Of a stretch of DNA of 64,000 nt, positions 20,926 to 29,907 are shown in pieces. Numbering within the stretch: the stretch's first letter is position 1; every line of letters begins with the position of its first letter. Origin of the DNA: Alphaproteobacteria bacterium (GTDB taxonomy: Bacteria > Pseudomonadota > Alphaproteobacteria > UBA7887). The notes under the pieces were generated by a model. The model was not told the origin of the DNA, made no database searches, and was given only the letters and a program-made list of their open reading frames with translations. The stretch lies in contig CBDCGL010000011.1 of NCBI GenBank assembly GCA_965216755.1, forward strand, positions 4,512,001 through 4,576,000, written 5' to 3'. Both the position numbers and the translations under genes were made by a program.

Positions 20926-23421
20926 TCAATCGGCAGAAGGCGGCGTCTGTGACAGGGCCAGTGGCGCGGCAGCCAGCGCCGGCGGAAAGTCTCCGATATG
21001 GTAGTTGTGGCATTCCGTGCAGCGATCGCCGGCCAGTTCATGCTTATGGCATGCAGCGCAGGTTGATTTGTCCAATGAACGGAAATTACTCGCGAATTGG
21101 GCGGGTTGGCGGTGGTCAAAACTGGCCATGTACGCTGCTGCCGGATCCAGGATGTGGCAAGTGAGGCATCCGGCCTCGTTCAACAGGCTGAAATGGGGGA
21201 CATGCGCGTAGACGCTGAATCGCTTGTCATTTGGCTGTGGCGGCACGGTCAGCCAATTGATGAGGAACCCGCCATTTTGGCCCTTGCGGTCGTCGACGCT
21301 GTGGCACTTGGTACAGGAGCCGACTGTTTTTGAGTTGGTGAGTAGTTGTGCCAGCGGTGCGCCAAGGGGATCAGCGCCGCCGATCATGCCGGACAGGTCA
21401 AGCCATGCGCGCATGAACCCGTCGGCATGATCGCCAGGTCGGTAATACAAGCCATAGTCTTGCCGATACCAGCCGCCAGCATTGCTCCAGGCTTCTGGGG
21501 CGACCGGCCTTAGCGCTTGCGGCAGCGGTGTCACGTCCACGTCCGCCACCGGCGCCGACGCGCGGTCGTTGCTGTCCGGCATGTCGCCCGCGTTGCCGTC
21601 CGAAAGGCTGATTTCATCGTCGTCTGCCAGCAGTCCTTCGTCCCCCAGTAGGTCGCCGTCGTTGCCCAGCAGGTCGCCACCGTCTGCTAGCAAATCATCG
21701 CCCAGCAAATCACCATCGTCCGCCAGCAGATCGTCGTCGAGCAGGCCGCCAAGGTCGCCATTGTCGGCTTCCGCGGTCGGTGTATCGAATAGGGTCTCGG
21801 CATCGTCAGCGGCGCCGTCGCTGTCGAGCAGGCCGCCAAGGTCCAGCTCTTCCGTTGTTTGGGCGGGCGTCTCGGCAAGGTCACCAGTCGCCTCCGGTTC
21901 CGACACGTGGCTGGCGATTTCCGAGGCCGTTGGCCCCATGACGATGTCGCCCGCCGCGTGGCGCGCCAACTCGGTGCCCAAGTCTGGAAACCACTCGCTT
22001 TGTGCCGCCAAGACGGCATCGGTTGGCAGCATGCCGATCAATGATGCGACTTGGTCACTTGTTAGCTGTCGCCCAGCCACTCGTGACAGTCGATCGGCAT
22101 ATGCGTCGTGGCCGTCGACGACAATTGACCCGAGCATTTTTTTGACGCCCCACGCGACGCGGGCGACGGCGGCCAATTGGTGGTCGTCTGCGTCCAACAA
22201 ATCGAGCAGGTCCAGCGTCGACACCTCGTCCAGAGCGTCGGCGACATCGGGGTCCGCGGCCAGTAGCACACGCACGAAGGGCGTGATCGGGCCGTCGGCA
22301 TAATAGGGCCAATGGCCGATCTCAACATTGCGGGCGTCGAGGGTCTGCAGGTCCAGACCCGGCAACGCAATAACCGGCAGTCCTTTGACACCCGCGCGGC
22401 CCTCGCCGGCGATTTGTTTGCCGTGGCACGCGCGGCAAGTTTGGTCGAAGTCCTTCACCAGCATGTAGGCTCCGCCCGTGTCGGGTTCATGGCAGCCGGT
22501 GCAGGCCGTTGGCGCGTCGACGGTGTCCGGTTCCCTAAAATGCTTACCGATATGACCGACATGGTCGAAAATAATCCGCGTTCGCCTTTGATAAGGAAAC
22601 GACTCAAACTGCGGATGACCCTGGACAAACGTATCAAATGCTCTTTCGTGACATGTGTGGCAGTGCAGGTTGGAAATCTCGTCCAAGGTATAGCGCTGCC
22701 CGTGATGCTCTCGATGACACGTTGAACAGGCCAAATCTTGGTCCTTCGGCTGTTGGCCGAATACGAACTTGGCCACTGTCGGCATAATTGAAACTTGCTG
22801 CGGTCGTGGCATGTTCTGCAAGCGGGTCGTGACCGGCTTCAATGTTTCCGGCGCCAAGCTGTGTGCTTTGGTCGCGTAGTTGCCAAGCCGATGGCACGCA
22901 AGACATGGCGCGCTGTCTTCCGCTGCGCTCCGCGGTAAGAACGCTGCCTGCAGCCAGCCAATAAGTCCGTGCTCGGAACCAGTGTGGCATCCGTCGCAGG
23001 TCGCCACGTCGCCATGTTGATAGGTCACTTCGCCGGGCACGACCACACGCTCCGCCAGGCGACCATTGAGCAGTAAGAGGATGGCACCAACGGTCAGGCA
23101 CACAAGCCACAGTGTTGTCAAACCGCGTCGGGCACGATCACTACGTTTGGGGACGCAGCGGTCTATCGGACGGGCGCAGCGACCATCAGGAAGCGGGCCG
23201 TCGGTGCAACGGCCGCCATATTGCGGTGCACGCGTGCACGACCATCGATCGTCGGTATTGAGTGGAATGCATTCAAAATCGGCCCGGCATTGGCCACGCA
23301 AATCCGGTCCGATCCGGCATGTGCGACCGTCTTGGGCGCGTCCGCAGACCCATGGCTGCGACGGCCGTTCATAAGCACTTTCGCGGTGACCAAACCGCTG
23401 CCAAAGGGATGACATACTCAC
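20926..23421 (-). CDS. Membrane-anchored decaheme c-type cytochrome with N-terminal Cys-rich domain
   Basis: Ten CxxCH motifs (CDGCH, CLACH, CSTCH, CHTCH, CTGCH, CRACH, CTKCH, CLTCH, CAACH, CTECH); one TM after an 8-Cys N-terminal segment; acidic DLL(G/A) repeat linker. Confidence 0.9.
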   Translation of the reverse strand: MSMSSLWQRFGHRESAYERPSQPWVCGRAQDGRTCRIGPDLRGQCRADFECIPLNTDDRWSCTRAPQYGGRCTDGPLPDGRCARPIDRCVPKRSDRARRGLTTLWLVCLTVGAILLLLNGRLAERVVVPGEVTYQHGDVATCDGCHTGSEHGLIGWLQAAFLPRSAAEDSAPCLACHRLGNYATKAHSLAPETLKPVTTRLQNMPRPQQVSIMPTVAKFVFGQQPKDQDLACSTCHREHHGQRYTLDEISNLHCHTCHERAFDTFVQGHPQFESFPYQRRTRIIFDHVGHIGKHFREPDTVDAPTACTGCHEPDTGGAYMLVKDFDQTCRACHGKQIAGEGRAGVKGLPVIALPGLDLQTLDARNVEIGHWPYYADGPITPFVRVLLAADPDVADALDEVSTLDLLDLLDADDHQLAAVARVAWGVKKMLGSIVVDGHDAYADRLSRVAGRQLTSDQVASLIGMLPTDAVLAAQSEWFPDLGTELARHAAGDIVMGPTASEIASHVSEPEATGDLAETPAQTTEELDLGGLLDSDGAADDAETLFDTPTAEADNGDLGGLLDDDLLADDGDLLGDDLLADGGDLLGNDGDLLGDEGLLADDDEISLSDGNAGDMPDSNDRASAPVADVDVTPLPQALRPVAPEAWSNAGGWYRQDYGLYYRPGDHADGFMRAWLDLSGMIGGADPLGAPLAQLLTNSKTVGSCTKCHSVDDRKGQNGGFLINWLTVPPQPNDKRFSVYAHVPHFSLLNEAGCLTCHILDPAAAYMASFDHRQPAQFASNFRSLDKSTCAACHKHELAGDRCTECHNYHIGDFPPALAAAPLALSQTPPSAD
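21615..21850 (-). repeat. Intragenic acidic D-L-L-(G/A)-D peptide repeats
   Basis: DLGGLLD occurs twice, then DDLLADDGDLLGDDLLADGGDLLGNDGDLLGDEGLLADDDE. Confidence 0.85.
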
Positions 23422-23424
23422 GGC

Positions 23425-24249
23425 TTACGAGAACGCATAGACCAGGACAATATGAACCAAGATGAGGATCAGAAGCACGGTGCTGACTGGCACGTGGACA
23501 AACTGCCAACGGCGCAACAAAGATTGCATCGCGTATTGAAAATCCAAGTCGTCTTTTGTGCGCACCAAATCGGCAAGCTGGTCCATCACGGCGCACTCGC
23601 CAGCGTCCAGATAACGTTCGAGGCCGCGCATTTGATTGAGCAACCGGGTGCGTGGTCGGCCGGACAGCATGGCGTGGCGCCAGAAATTTCGGGGCCGATC
23701 AAAAAAGCTATGCAACTGGTCGCTGTAATAATCCGCGATCGTCGTCGAGCGGGCGTCCTTAACAGAATTGATCGCCAGAGCTTCGGCTTGCGTCGCCAGT
23801 TTGCGCCGGTAGATCGGAATCCGTTCGTAAACGACATTCTCACCCCGCACAGACAGCCGGGGCGGCACGGCGCGGAACAGAAGCCAACCGACCAAACCGC
23901 TGGCGACGACGAAAGCAAAAGCAATGGCGAGAACGGTTTCGAACGGCCCGTCCGGTACTTGCCAGTCGACGTGCACGCCGAAGAGAAACGCACAGACCAA
24001 GCCGATATAGACGTGCAGTTGCAGCCAAGCGGACGACGAACCCAACGGCAAAAACGGCAACCGCCGGCGAATTTGATAGCAAGCCAAGAAGAGGATCGTC
24101 AGAAACAATGTCCAGCCGGTCAAGAATGATGGATTGCGCAGCGTCGATGCATAGATCGCGTGCACGCCGGCGAGTACGATCACGATCACAACAGCCGTCC
24201 CCGCATGCACCATTCGGCGCCTGGCAAAGGTGATCATCTGTGGATCCAA
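23425..24249 (-). CDS. Integral membrane protein, probable diheme b cytochrome (ferric-reductase-like TM domain)
   Basis: About 5 hydrophobic helices; two helices each carry H-x13-H (HVYIGLVCAFLFGVH; HVPVSTVLLILILVH). Confidence 0.75.
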   Translation of the reverse strand: MDPQMITFARRRMVHAGTAVVIVIVLAGVHAIYASTLRNPSFLTGWTLFLTILFLACYQIRRRLPFLPLGSSSAWLQLHVYIGLVCAFLFGVHVDWQVPDGPFETVLAIAFAFVVASGLVGWLLFRAVPPRLSVRGENVVYERIPIYRRKLATQAEALAINSVKDARSTTIADYYSDQLHSFFDRPRNFWRHAMLSGRPRTRLLNQMRGLERYLDAGECAVMDQLADLVRTKDDLDFQYAMQSLLRRWQFVHVPVSTVLLILILVHIVLVYAFS

Positions 24250-25946
24250 GCCATCAACTTGTCCGGTGTTCTGAGATCGATGCGAACCAAGGCATCATTC
24301 GGACACGCGCGCTGGCACGCGGGACCACCCAATTGATCGGCACAAAGGTCGCATTTGGTTGCCCGCTCGATGGGCGCATTGGTGGCCTGATCGATGACGA
24401 ATTCGCCAGCCCGATTACGGATGTTCACCAACCGAATATTATTGTAGGGGCACGCACTCGCACAGGTCCCACAACCGATGCATGTGTCGTCGTTGATCAC
24501 CACAGTGCCGCCCTCTGTATCGCGGTGGATCGCGCCGGTTGGACAGCCGATGAGGCAGACCGGATCGACGCAATGCATGCAGGCATTGGCGATCATGAAA
24601 TGATCATAGTGCGGGCCGTGGCGGACAAATCGCGGGTTGTTGCCATGCGCGGCGGCGCACGCGCGCACGCATTCGTCGCAGCGTGTGCACCGGTCGACGT
24701 CGATGACCATAGTCTGTGTGCCGTTAATAAACCGATTGTCGACCAAAAACTCCAGCATGGCCGACTCGATGCGCCCTTCGGACGTGCCACGCTGCCACGC
24801 CGATTGAACGCCGCTGCGGGTTTCAACCGGTTCCGGCAGCGCCGCGGCCGGCATGGTTGGCAAAATGTGGTCGGCGACCAGATCACCGGGGATGCGCAGC
24901 ACGTCGACATATCCTGTCGCGCGCATGGTGCCTTGGAATGAAATCTGCTGATCGTTACGCCAATTGTGGACGATTTCCCTCAGGCCGAACGTGCCCCCGG
25001 GGCCCAAATAGCCGACCGTGCGATGGCCGTGGTCGACCCGTTCGGTGACCCGCGCAAATCCCGACCGCACAATAATCAAGCTATCGGCGTGTTCATCTTC
25101 GCCAGCGATAATCGGCTCGCCGGCGAGCCTTTCAGCATGTGTCCGTTCGCCCGCTGCCTTGTAGGCCGTGTACCATTCGAAACTGCCATAAGAGGCAAAC
25201 TGCGTGCGCGGCGCAATCTCCGCGATTTGCCCGGGGGTCAGGTGGGAGAGCAGGGGTGTGTCGCGAAGCTGGGCCGCCAAACTGCGCTCGCGATATAGCT
25301 GATCAATCTGTTCACGAAACTTGCGATCGCGACGGCGGATATCACGCAGACCTTGCCATCGAATTTCCAGCAGCTCCGAATCGCCGTCGGCGTAGATCGT
25401 TGCCGTTCGAGGCGCGCGCGATATGGCGCCAATCTCGCCGAACATTTCGCCCGCGCCTATGAGGGCGGTCCGATGGTTCTTCGTCACTTGCGCCGGATCG
25501 GGCAACGCGACGCGGATATCGTCGTCACCGTCGCCACGGACAATGACTTGCTCGCGCCGTCCCAAGTCACGGACTTCCGGTTGGCCAGGGTTGTTCCAAA
25601 GCTGGCTGATCGCCGACCACATCCCCCGCCGACTCGCTTCTTGGCGACCCAACGCTTTGGCAGGTAGCCGTGGGCCAAGCACGACCCGCGCGGCACCGGT
25701 CAGCACAACAAACGCCGAATTGCCATAATCCTCGGCGCGCACGACAATGTCGCCATAGCTATAACTGCGAATGCGCGTGTCATTGCGGATGATATCGCGC
25801 AAAGGCGCTGTATCTGGGAAGCTTGACGGATCGACTTGGGCAAAGGGATCGTGCGCCAAAACGCGATCAATGTCGGCTTCCGACATCGACGTGCTAAACG
25901 GATTTTCCCAACGGTCCGGACGATGAATTTCTACCGGTCGCGCCAT
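24234..25946 (-). CDS. Cyclic-nucleotide-binding (2 domains) + 4x[4Fe-4S] ferredoxin (NrfC/DmsB-like) fusion
   Basis: GEMFGEIGAISRAPRTATI phosphate-binding cassette; second degenerate cNMP domain; CTRCDECVRAC, CMHCVDPVCLIGCP, CIGCGTCASACP, KCDLC...PACQRACP; no signal peptide. Confidence 0.9.
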   Translation of the reverse strand: MARPVEIHRPDRWENPFSTSMSEADIDRVLAHDPFAQVDPSSFPDTAPLRDIIRNDTRIRSYSYGDIVVRAEDYGNSAFVVLTGAARVVLGPRLPAKALGRQEASRRGMWSAISQLWNNPGQPEVRDLGRREQVIVRGDGDDDIRVALPDPAQVTKNHRTALIGAGEMFGEIGAISRAPRTATIYADGDSELLEIRWQGLRDIRRRDRKFREQIDQLYRERSLAAQLRDTPLLSHLTPGQIAEIAPRTQFASYGSFEWYTAYKAAGERTHAERLAGEPIIAGEDEHADSLIIVRSGFARVTERVDHGHRTVGYLGPGGTFGLREIVHNWRNDQQISFQGTMRATGYVDVLRIPGDLVADHILPTMPAAALPEPVETRSGVQSAWQRGTSEGRIESAMLEFLVDNRFINGTQTMVIDVDRCTRCDECVRACAAAHGNNPRFVRHGPHYDHFMIANACMHCVDPVCLIGCPTGAIHRDTEGGTVVINDDTCIGCGTCASACPYNNIRLVNIRNRAGEFVIDQATNAPIERATKCDLCADQLGGPACQRACPNDALVRIDLRTPDKLMAWIHR

Positions 25947-25967
25947 ACCAGACGAGGCCGCGCCGCG

Positions 25968-27020
25968 CTAGCGGGCTGGCTTACCCTTGTAGCTTTCCGG
26001 CGCGGGAAGCAGGGCATCGAGCCCGGCAAGGTCGGCGCCGTCATTGGATTCGGCAAATTGTCGTGCGGCGGCTTCGATCTCATCGGCGGCCGCGTTCAGC
26101 GCATCCGCGTTGTTCAGCTTGAGTTTGACGCTGCCCGCGACCGCCAGCATGGCGTCAACCTCGGCAATCGACGCGGCTTTGCCGATTTGCTGCAGCCGCT
26201 GAGCCGCGGTCTTTGCCCGTTTTGCCATTGCCTTTGCATAGTCGGCGTTGGCCGTCGCCTTGGCGACGCCGCGCAGGGCGAATGTCAGGTCCAGGGCGCG
26301 CCCGACGACATACATGACGCGCTTGCGCGCGTCAGTCGCCTCGCGATTGGCTTTGCCTTCGGAAAACCAAATATTGTGACGCACTTCGCCTTGCGACCAG
26401 GCAACGAGCTCAAAAGCGCTGCCAGCCGGGTGGCCGCCTTCATTGACGAGTTTTTCCTCTGGCACGGTATGGCAGCCATAGCAGTTCGATGCCCAATCGA
26501 CGATCCACAACGGCCGGATCAATCCGGCAGCCTCGACCGTTGCTAGTCGTTCCGCCTTATGTTCAGGTGTCTCCGATTCTGCGGTGACATCCTTGCCGCC
26601 AAAATCGCTGTGGGGATCATTCCAATCCTTGGCCGCGCCGTGGCACGATTCACAACTGATTCCGGCAATTGCTTTTGTTTCACCGTCTGAAACAGCTTCG
26701 GTGAAATGACAACTCAGACAAACGCTCTCGTCTTTGATGCGGCGCAGGCCCAGCTTGTCGGCGATTTCGCGGGCCTTGTCCTCGCGCGGCATGGTCGTAA
26801 AGGTCTTGGCGTGATGCGTCTCTCGCCACACTTCGACCTCTTCCTTATGGCACTCGCCACACGTGTCGGGCCCCAGCACCATGGCCGGATCAGTTGCCGC
26901 ACCCCCAGCCGCGGCCGGTGCGGCCCAAAGCAGCATCACACCGCCGGCAACGGCGGCTGCCGCGCTGGCAAGTTGATTGTCCATGCCAGGACTTACACTC
27001 AAGGACATCTTGACCGGCAT
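25968..27020 (-). CDS. Periplasmic tetraheme c-type cytochrome (c554/c552-like) with helical C-terminal domain
   Basis: Signal-peptide-like N-terminus; CGECH, CLSCH, CESCHG, CYGCH. Confidence 0.88.
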   Translation of the reverse strand: MPVKMSLSVSPGMDNQLASAAAAVAGGVMLLWAAPAAAGGAATDPAMVLGPDTCGECHKEEVEVWRETHHAKTFTTMPREDKAREIADKLGLRRIKDESVCLSCHFTEAVSDGETKAIAGISCESCHGAAKDWNDPHSDFGGKDVTAESETPEHKAERLATVEAAGLIRPLWIVDWASNCYGCHTVPEEKLVNEGGHPAGSAFELVAWSQGEVRHNIWFSEGKANREATDARKRVMYVVGRALDLTFALRGVAKATANADYAKAMAKRAKTAAQRLQQIGKAASIAEVDAMLAVAGSVKLKLNNADALNAAADEIEAAARQFAESNDGADLAGLDALLPAPESYKGKPAR

Positions 27021-27135
27021 TCGCTCGCAATCCTCCCATTGAGGCGCCAGTTGATTATGTTTGGCGCCATGACCTCGCCAGGCGAGAATAGCATACTCGT
27101 TGACGCCTTCGGAATCCGACTCCCCGTGTCAACAT

Positions 27136-28407
27136 TTACGCATCAAGAACCAAGTCGGTCTTGGGAATCGCGATGCATGTCAGGCACGTACCGGCTTTGA
27201 CCTCGGCGGTCGGCTCAGTCAGATAGGTGACTTCGCCCGTCCGGATTGCCGTCACACAGGTTCCGCAATTGCCGACCCGGCAGCCAAAATCTATGGGTAC
27301 GGTGTTGGCTTGCGCCAGATCCAAAAGCGATCCTGCCGCGCCAGTCCATTTCGCCGTGCGGTTTGAGCGTTCAAAACTCACGGCCAAAGGGGTCTCGTCT
27401 TTGTCGTCGGCGACACCGGGTGCAGCGGCGCCTTGGACGCTGGCCGCCGCAAACGCTTCGCGATGCACGCGATCGTCCGGAACGCCCCATTTTCGGAGAT
27501 CCCCGCTCACTTGGGTCATCATCGCGGGCGGCCCGCAGATAAAGAAATCGTAGTTGGACGAGGGCAGTGTGTCTTTCAGATGATCGATCGAGATATGGCC
27601 CTTCAGATCGTAATCGGACTCGCCGTCCAGTCCCGGCCGTGGGCTGCTATAGGCGACGGTGACGTGAATGTTTTCGTTATCCAGATCAAAATCGCGTAGG
27701 CGCTCTTTGGTAAGATGCTCCAAGCCATTGCGCACACCGTAGAAAACCCAAACTTCACGCTTGCTGCCTGTTTCCACAATCGCGTCGAGCATGCTCAATA
27801 TGGGCGTGATGCCGATGCCGCCGGCGATCAACACCAAAGGCGAGTTTTCCAGCGGATCGATCGTGAAGTTGCCGCTGGGCGCGATCACGTCGATCAGGTC
27901 GCCCGCGTGCATGCCCCGATGCAAATGATTGGAAACCAGCCCCTCCGGCGCCGTATCGTTCTTGGCCGGGGCGGCCAGTCGCTTGACAGTGATTTGATAC
28001 TCGTCCGGCTCCGGCGTCCATTGCGACAGTGAATAGCAGCGCACCACCGGCCGCGGCTGGTCTTTCATGGCAAACCGAAAGGTCAGGAACTGGCCGGGTC
28101 GGTACGGGGGCAGGGGGCGATGATCGTGAGGCACCAAGCGAAACGAGGCGATATTGTCCGCTTCCGGAACGACTTCCGAGATTTCGAACTTGCGATAACC
28201 GCTCCAGCCAAAATTGACCCGATCCGTTTCCCCCTGAGTGGTCGCGGCCGCGGCCATCACATTTTGCCTGAGCACTTCCAGGGACAAGCGCCGCCGGTCG
28301 CGTTCGAAGGTCGAGCGCCTGGCAGATTCGACCAGCATCATCGTGGCTTGCGCCAATACCAACGCGATGATCAAGGCACCGGCAATTTGAACCAGCAATG
28401 CCATCAC
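27136..28407 (-). CDS. Membrane-anchored FAD/NAD(P)H oxidoreductase with C-terminal [2Fe-2S] (FNR/PDR-like)
   Basis: RCYSLS FAD motif, GLVSNHLH, AGGIGITP, FICGPP, GCRVGNCGTC...C plant-type ferredoxin; N-terminal TM; AGGAG RBS before GTG 28407/ATG 28404. Confidence 0.92.
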   Translation of the reverse strand: MMALLVQIAGALIIALVLAQATMMLVESARRSTFERDRRRLSLEVLRQNVMAAAATTQGETDRVNFGWSGYRKFEISEVVPEADNIASFRLVPHDHRPLPPYRPGQFLTFRFAMKDQPRPVVRCYSLSQWTPEPDEYQITVKRLAAPAKNDTAPEGLVSNHLHRGMHAGDLIDVIAPSGNFTIDPLENSPLVLIAGGIGITPILSMLDAIVETGSKREVWVFYGVRNGLEHLTKERLRDFDLDNENIHVTVAYSSPRPGLDGESDYDLKGHISIDHLKDTLPSSNYDFFICGPPAMMTQVSGDLRKWGVPDDRVHREAFAAASVQGAAAPGVADDKDETPLAVSFERSNRTAKWTGAAGSLLDLAQANTVPIDFGCRVGNCGTCVTAIRTGEVTYLTEPTAEVKAGTCLTCIAIPKTDLVLDA

Positions 28408-28468
28408 GCGCGTGGCTCCTTGGTTGGTCTTGACGATGGGACGTTCACGGCAGCCAGACCGAGTAGAA

Positions 28469-29887
28469 CTAGAACTTAACCTGAATCTCGGTTCGCGCGC
28501 CAAAACCGGCGCCCTCTGTCTCGGTCATCGAGCCGAACAAATCCAATTGCCAAAACGCCTGATTGTGAATTTGCAATTGATAGCGGCCGCCCAGCGCAAA
28601 CGCGTCTGAGTCAGACCCGTCGGCTGATTTCCGCGCGCCAAACTCAAGCACCAATTGTTCACGGTTGTTTGGGACCAAGAACCATTGGTGGCCGACCGAA
28701 AACCCGATAACGTCCTTGGCGCGATTGCTGAGCGCCGAACCAAAACGGCCGAGGCGCTGCGACGCGAACAGGATTCCGGCGCGTCCCAGCGGCCCGCCGA
28801 CCTGCGGATCACGGGCGGCCATGGTGAATTCATCCAATGCTGCGAACGCGGTGGCGTAGAGAATGTTGTCCGTACCCAAGGGTGTCGTCGACACATCGGC
28901 GAATAACAGATAGCCGTCCTTGGCAGCACGCGTGTCGCCGTCGAATGCCTGCGAGGTCATGAAGCGAAACGACGATGTCCAAAGCCCGAAACGTTGTACC
29001 GCGCTGAGACCCAAATAGGCCGCGTCACCGCCATTGTCGTCGGACGCCACATAGATTGCGTCCAAAGCCACGGTGCTCTTGTAAAAATCCGCCTCGTTGA
29101 ACAGCCCAAACAATTGCGCGTTGCTGTCCACGTCACTGTCGCCGCGGCTCACCTCGCCCCAACCATAAAGCCCAGAGACCCGCAAGTTCGCGCCGCCGGG
29201 AACGGTCAGGGAATTGCGCACGATGCCAATCGAGTCGAGCGCGGTATCGTCGATCAGGATCCCTTGTTGATAGGAGATCGCCTGACGCCCGACCGCAAAG
29301 CCATAGTCGAGGGTGCCGGAATCGTCCCGGTCCAGGTCGGGAAACAGTTCGCCGAAATCGCCTTCGAAAAACAGGGTGCGCACGTTGCCGTTGAAGCTTT
29401 CAAACGAGCCGCGCTCTGAGTCCGGCCCCAGCGTATAGCCGGTGTAGTTGACGCCTTGTCGCAACGGGTTGATTCCCAACAGCAATCTTTCCGTGCCCGT
29501 GAGCTGCAGATTGGCAAACAGATCGAGCGAGTTGGCCCATTCGGTGATTGGCTTGCGATCACCGCGGTCGAAGCTCTGCAAAGCCGTACGATAGGTTCCA
29601 AAGACCCACAAGGACGGTCGCCAGACGGCGCCGGTTGGCAGTTCCCAGCCCGGCTCGATATTGCCGACTTCCAGGAACGGGTCGCCAAATATCACCAGTG
29701 GTTTCGCCTGTGGCGGCAGCTCATCGACGACGTAGGGTACGGGCTCATCGGGTAGACTACGGCCGTAGATGCTGACCGCCGCGTCAACGGACCCGCATTC
29801 GAACGCCACCCATCCCGCCGCTCCAGCGATCGCCCATGCTGTAAAGTGCCACCGTCGGCGACACCAATCGCCCACCCGTTCCGCCAT
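28469..29887 (-). CDS. Putative outer-membrane beta-barrel (porin-like)
   Basis: Signal-like N-terminus, alternating amphipathic beta strands, C-terminal EIQVKF (terminal Phe); lies between cytochrome genes. Confidence 0.72.
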   Translation of the reverse strand: MAERVGDWCRRRWHFTAWAIAGAAGWVAFECGSVDAAVSIYGRSLPDEPVPYVVDELPPQAKPLVIFGDPFLEVGNIEPGWELPTGAVWRPSLWVFGTYRTALQSFDRGDRKPITEWANSLDLFANLQLTGTERLLLGINPLRQGVNYTGYTLGPDSERGSFESFNGNVRTLFFEGDFGELFPDLDRDDSGTLDYGFAVGRQAISYQQGILIDDTALDSIGIVRNSLTVPGGANLRVSGLYGWGEVSRGDSDVDSNAQLFGLFNEADFYKSTVALDAIYVASDDNGGDAAYLGLSAVQRFGLWTSSFRFMTSQAFDGDTRAAKDGYLLFADVSTTPLGTDNILYATAFAALDEFTMAARDPQVGGPLGRAGILFASQRLGRFGSALSNRAKDVIGFSVGHQWFLVPNNREQLVLEFGARKSADGSDSDAFALGGRYQLQIHNQAFWQLDLFGSMTETEGAGFGARTEIQVKF

Positions 29888-29907
29888 TTGCGACCTCGAC
29901 GACGTTA

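Noticed and set aside
21615-21850. CRISPR-like or VNTR DNA repeat
   Set aside because: The units are degenerate at the DNA level, in frame and have no spacers; this is a peptide repeat.
20926-23421. Calling the decaheme MtrA/PioA and the barrel MtrB
   Set aside because: The heme count matches, but this protein is 831 aa and TM-anchored with hemes split 6+4 by a long insert. The barrel (472 aa) is shorter than MtrB and not adjacent.
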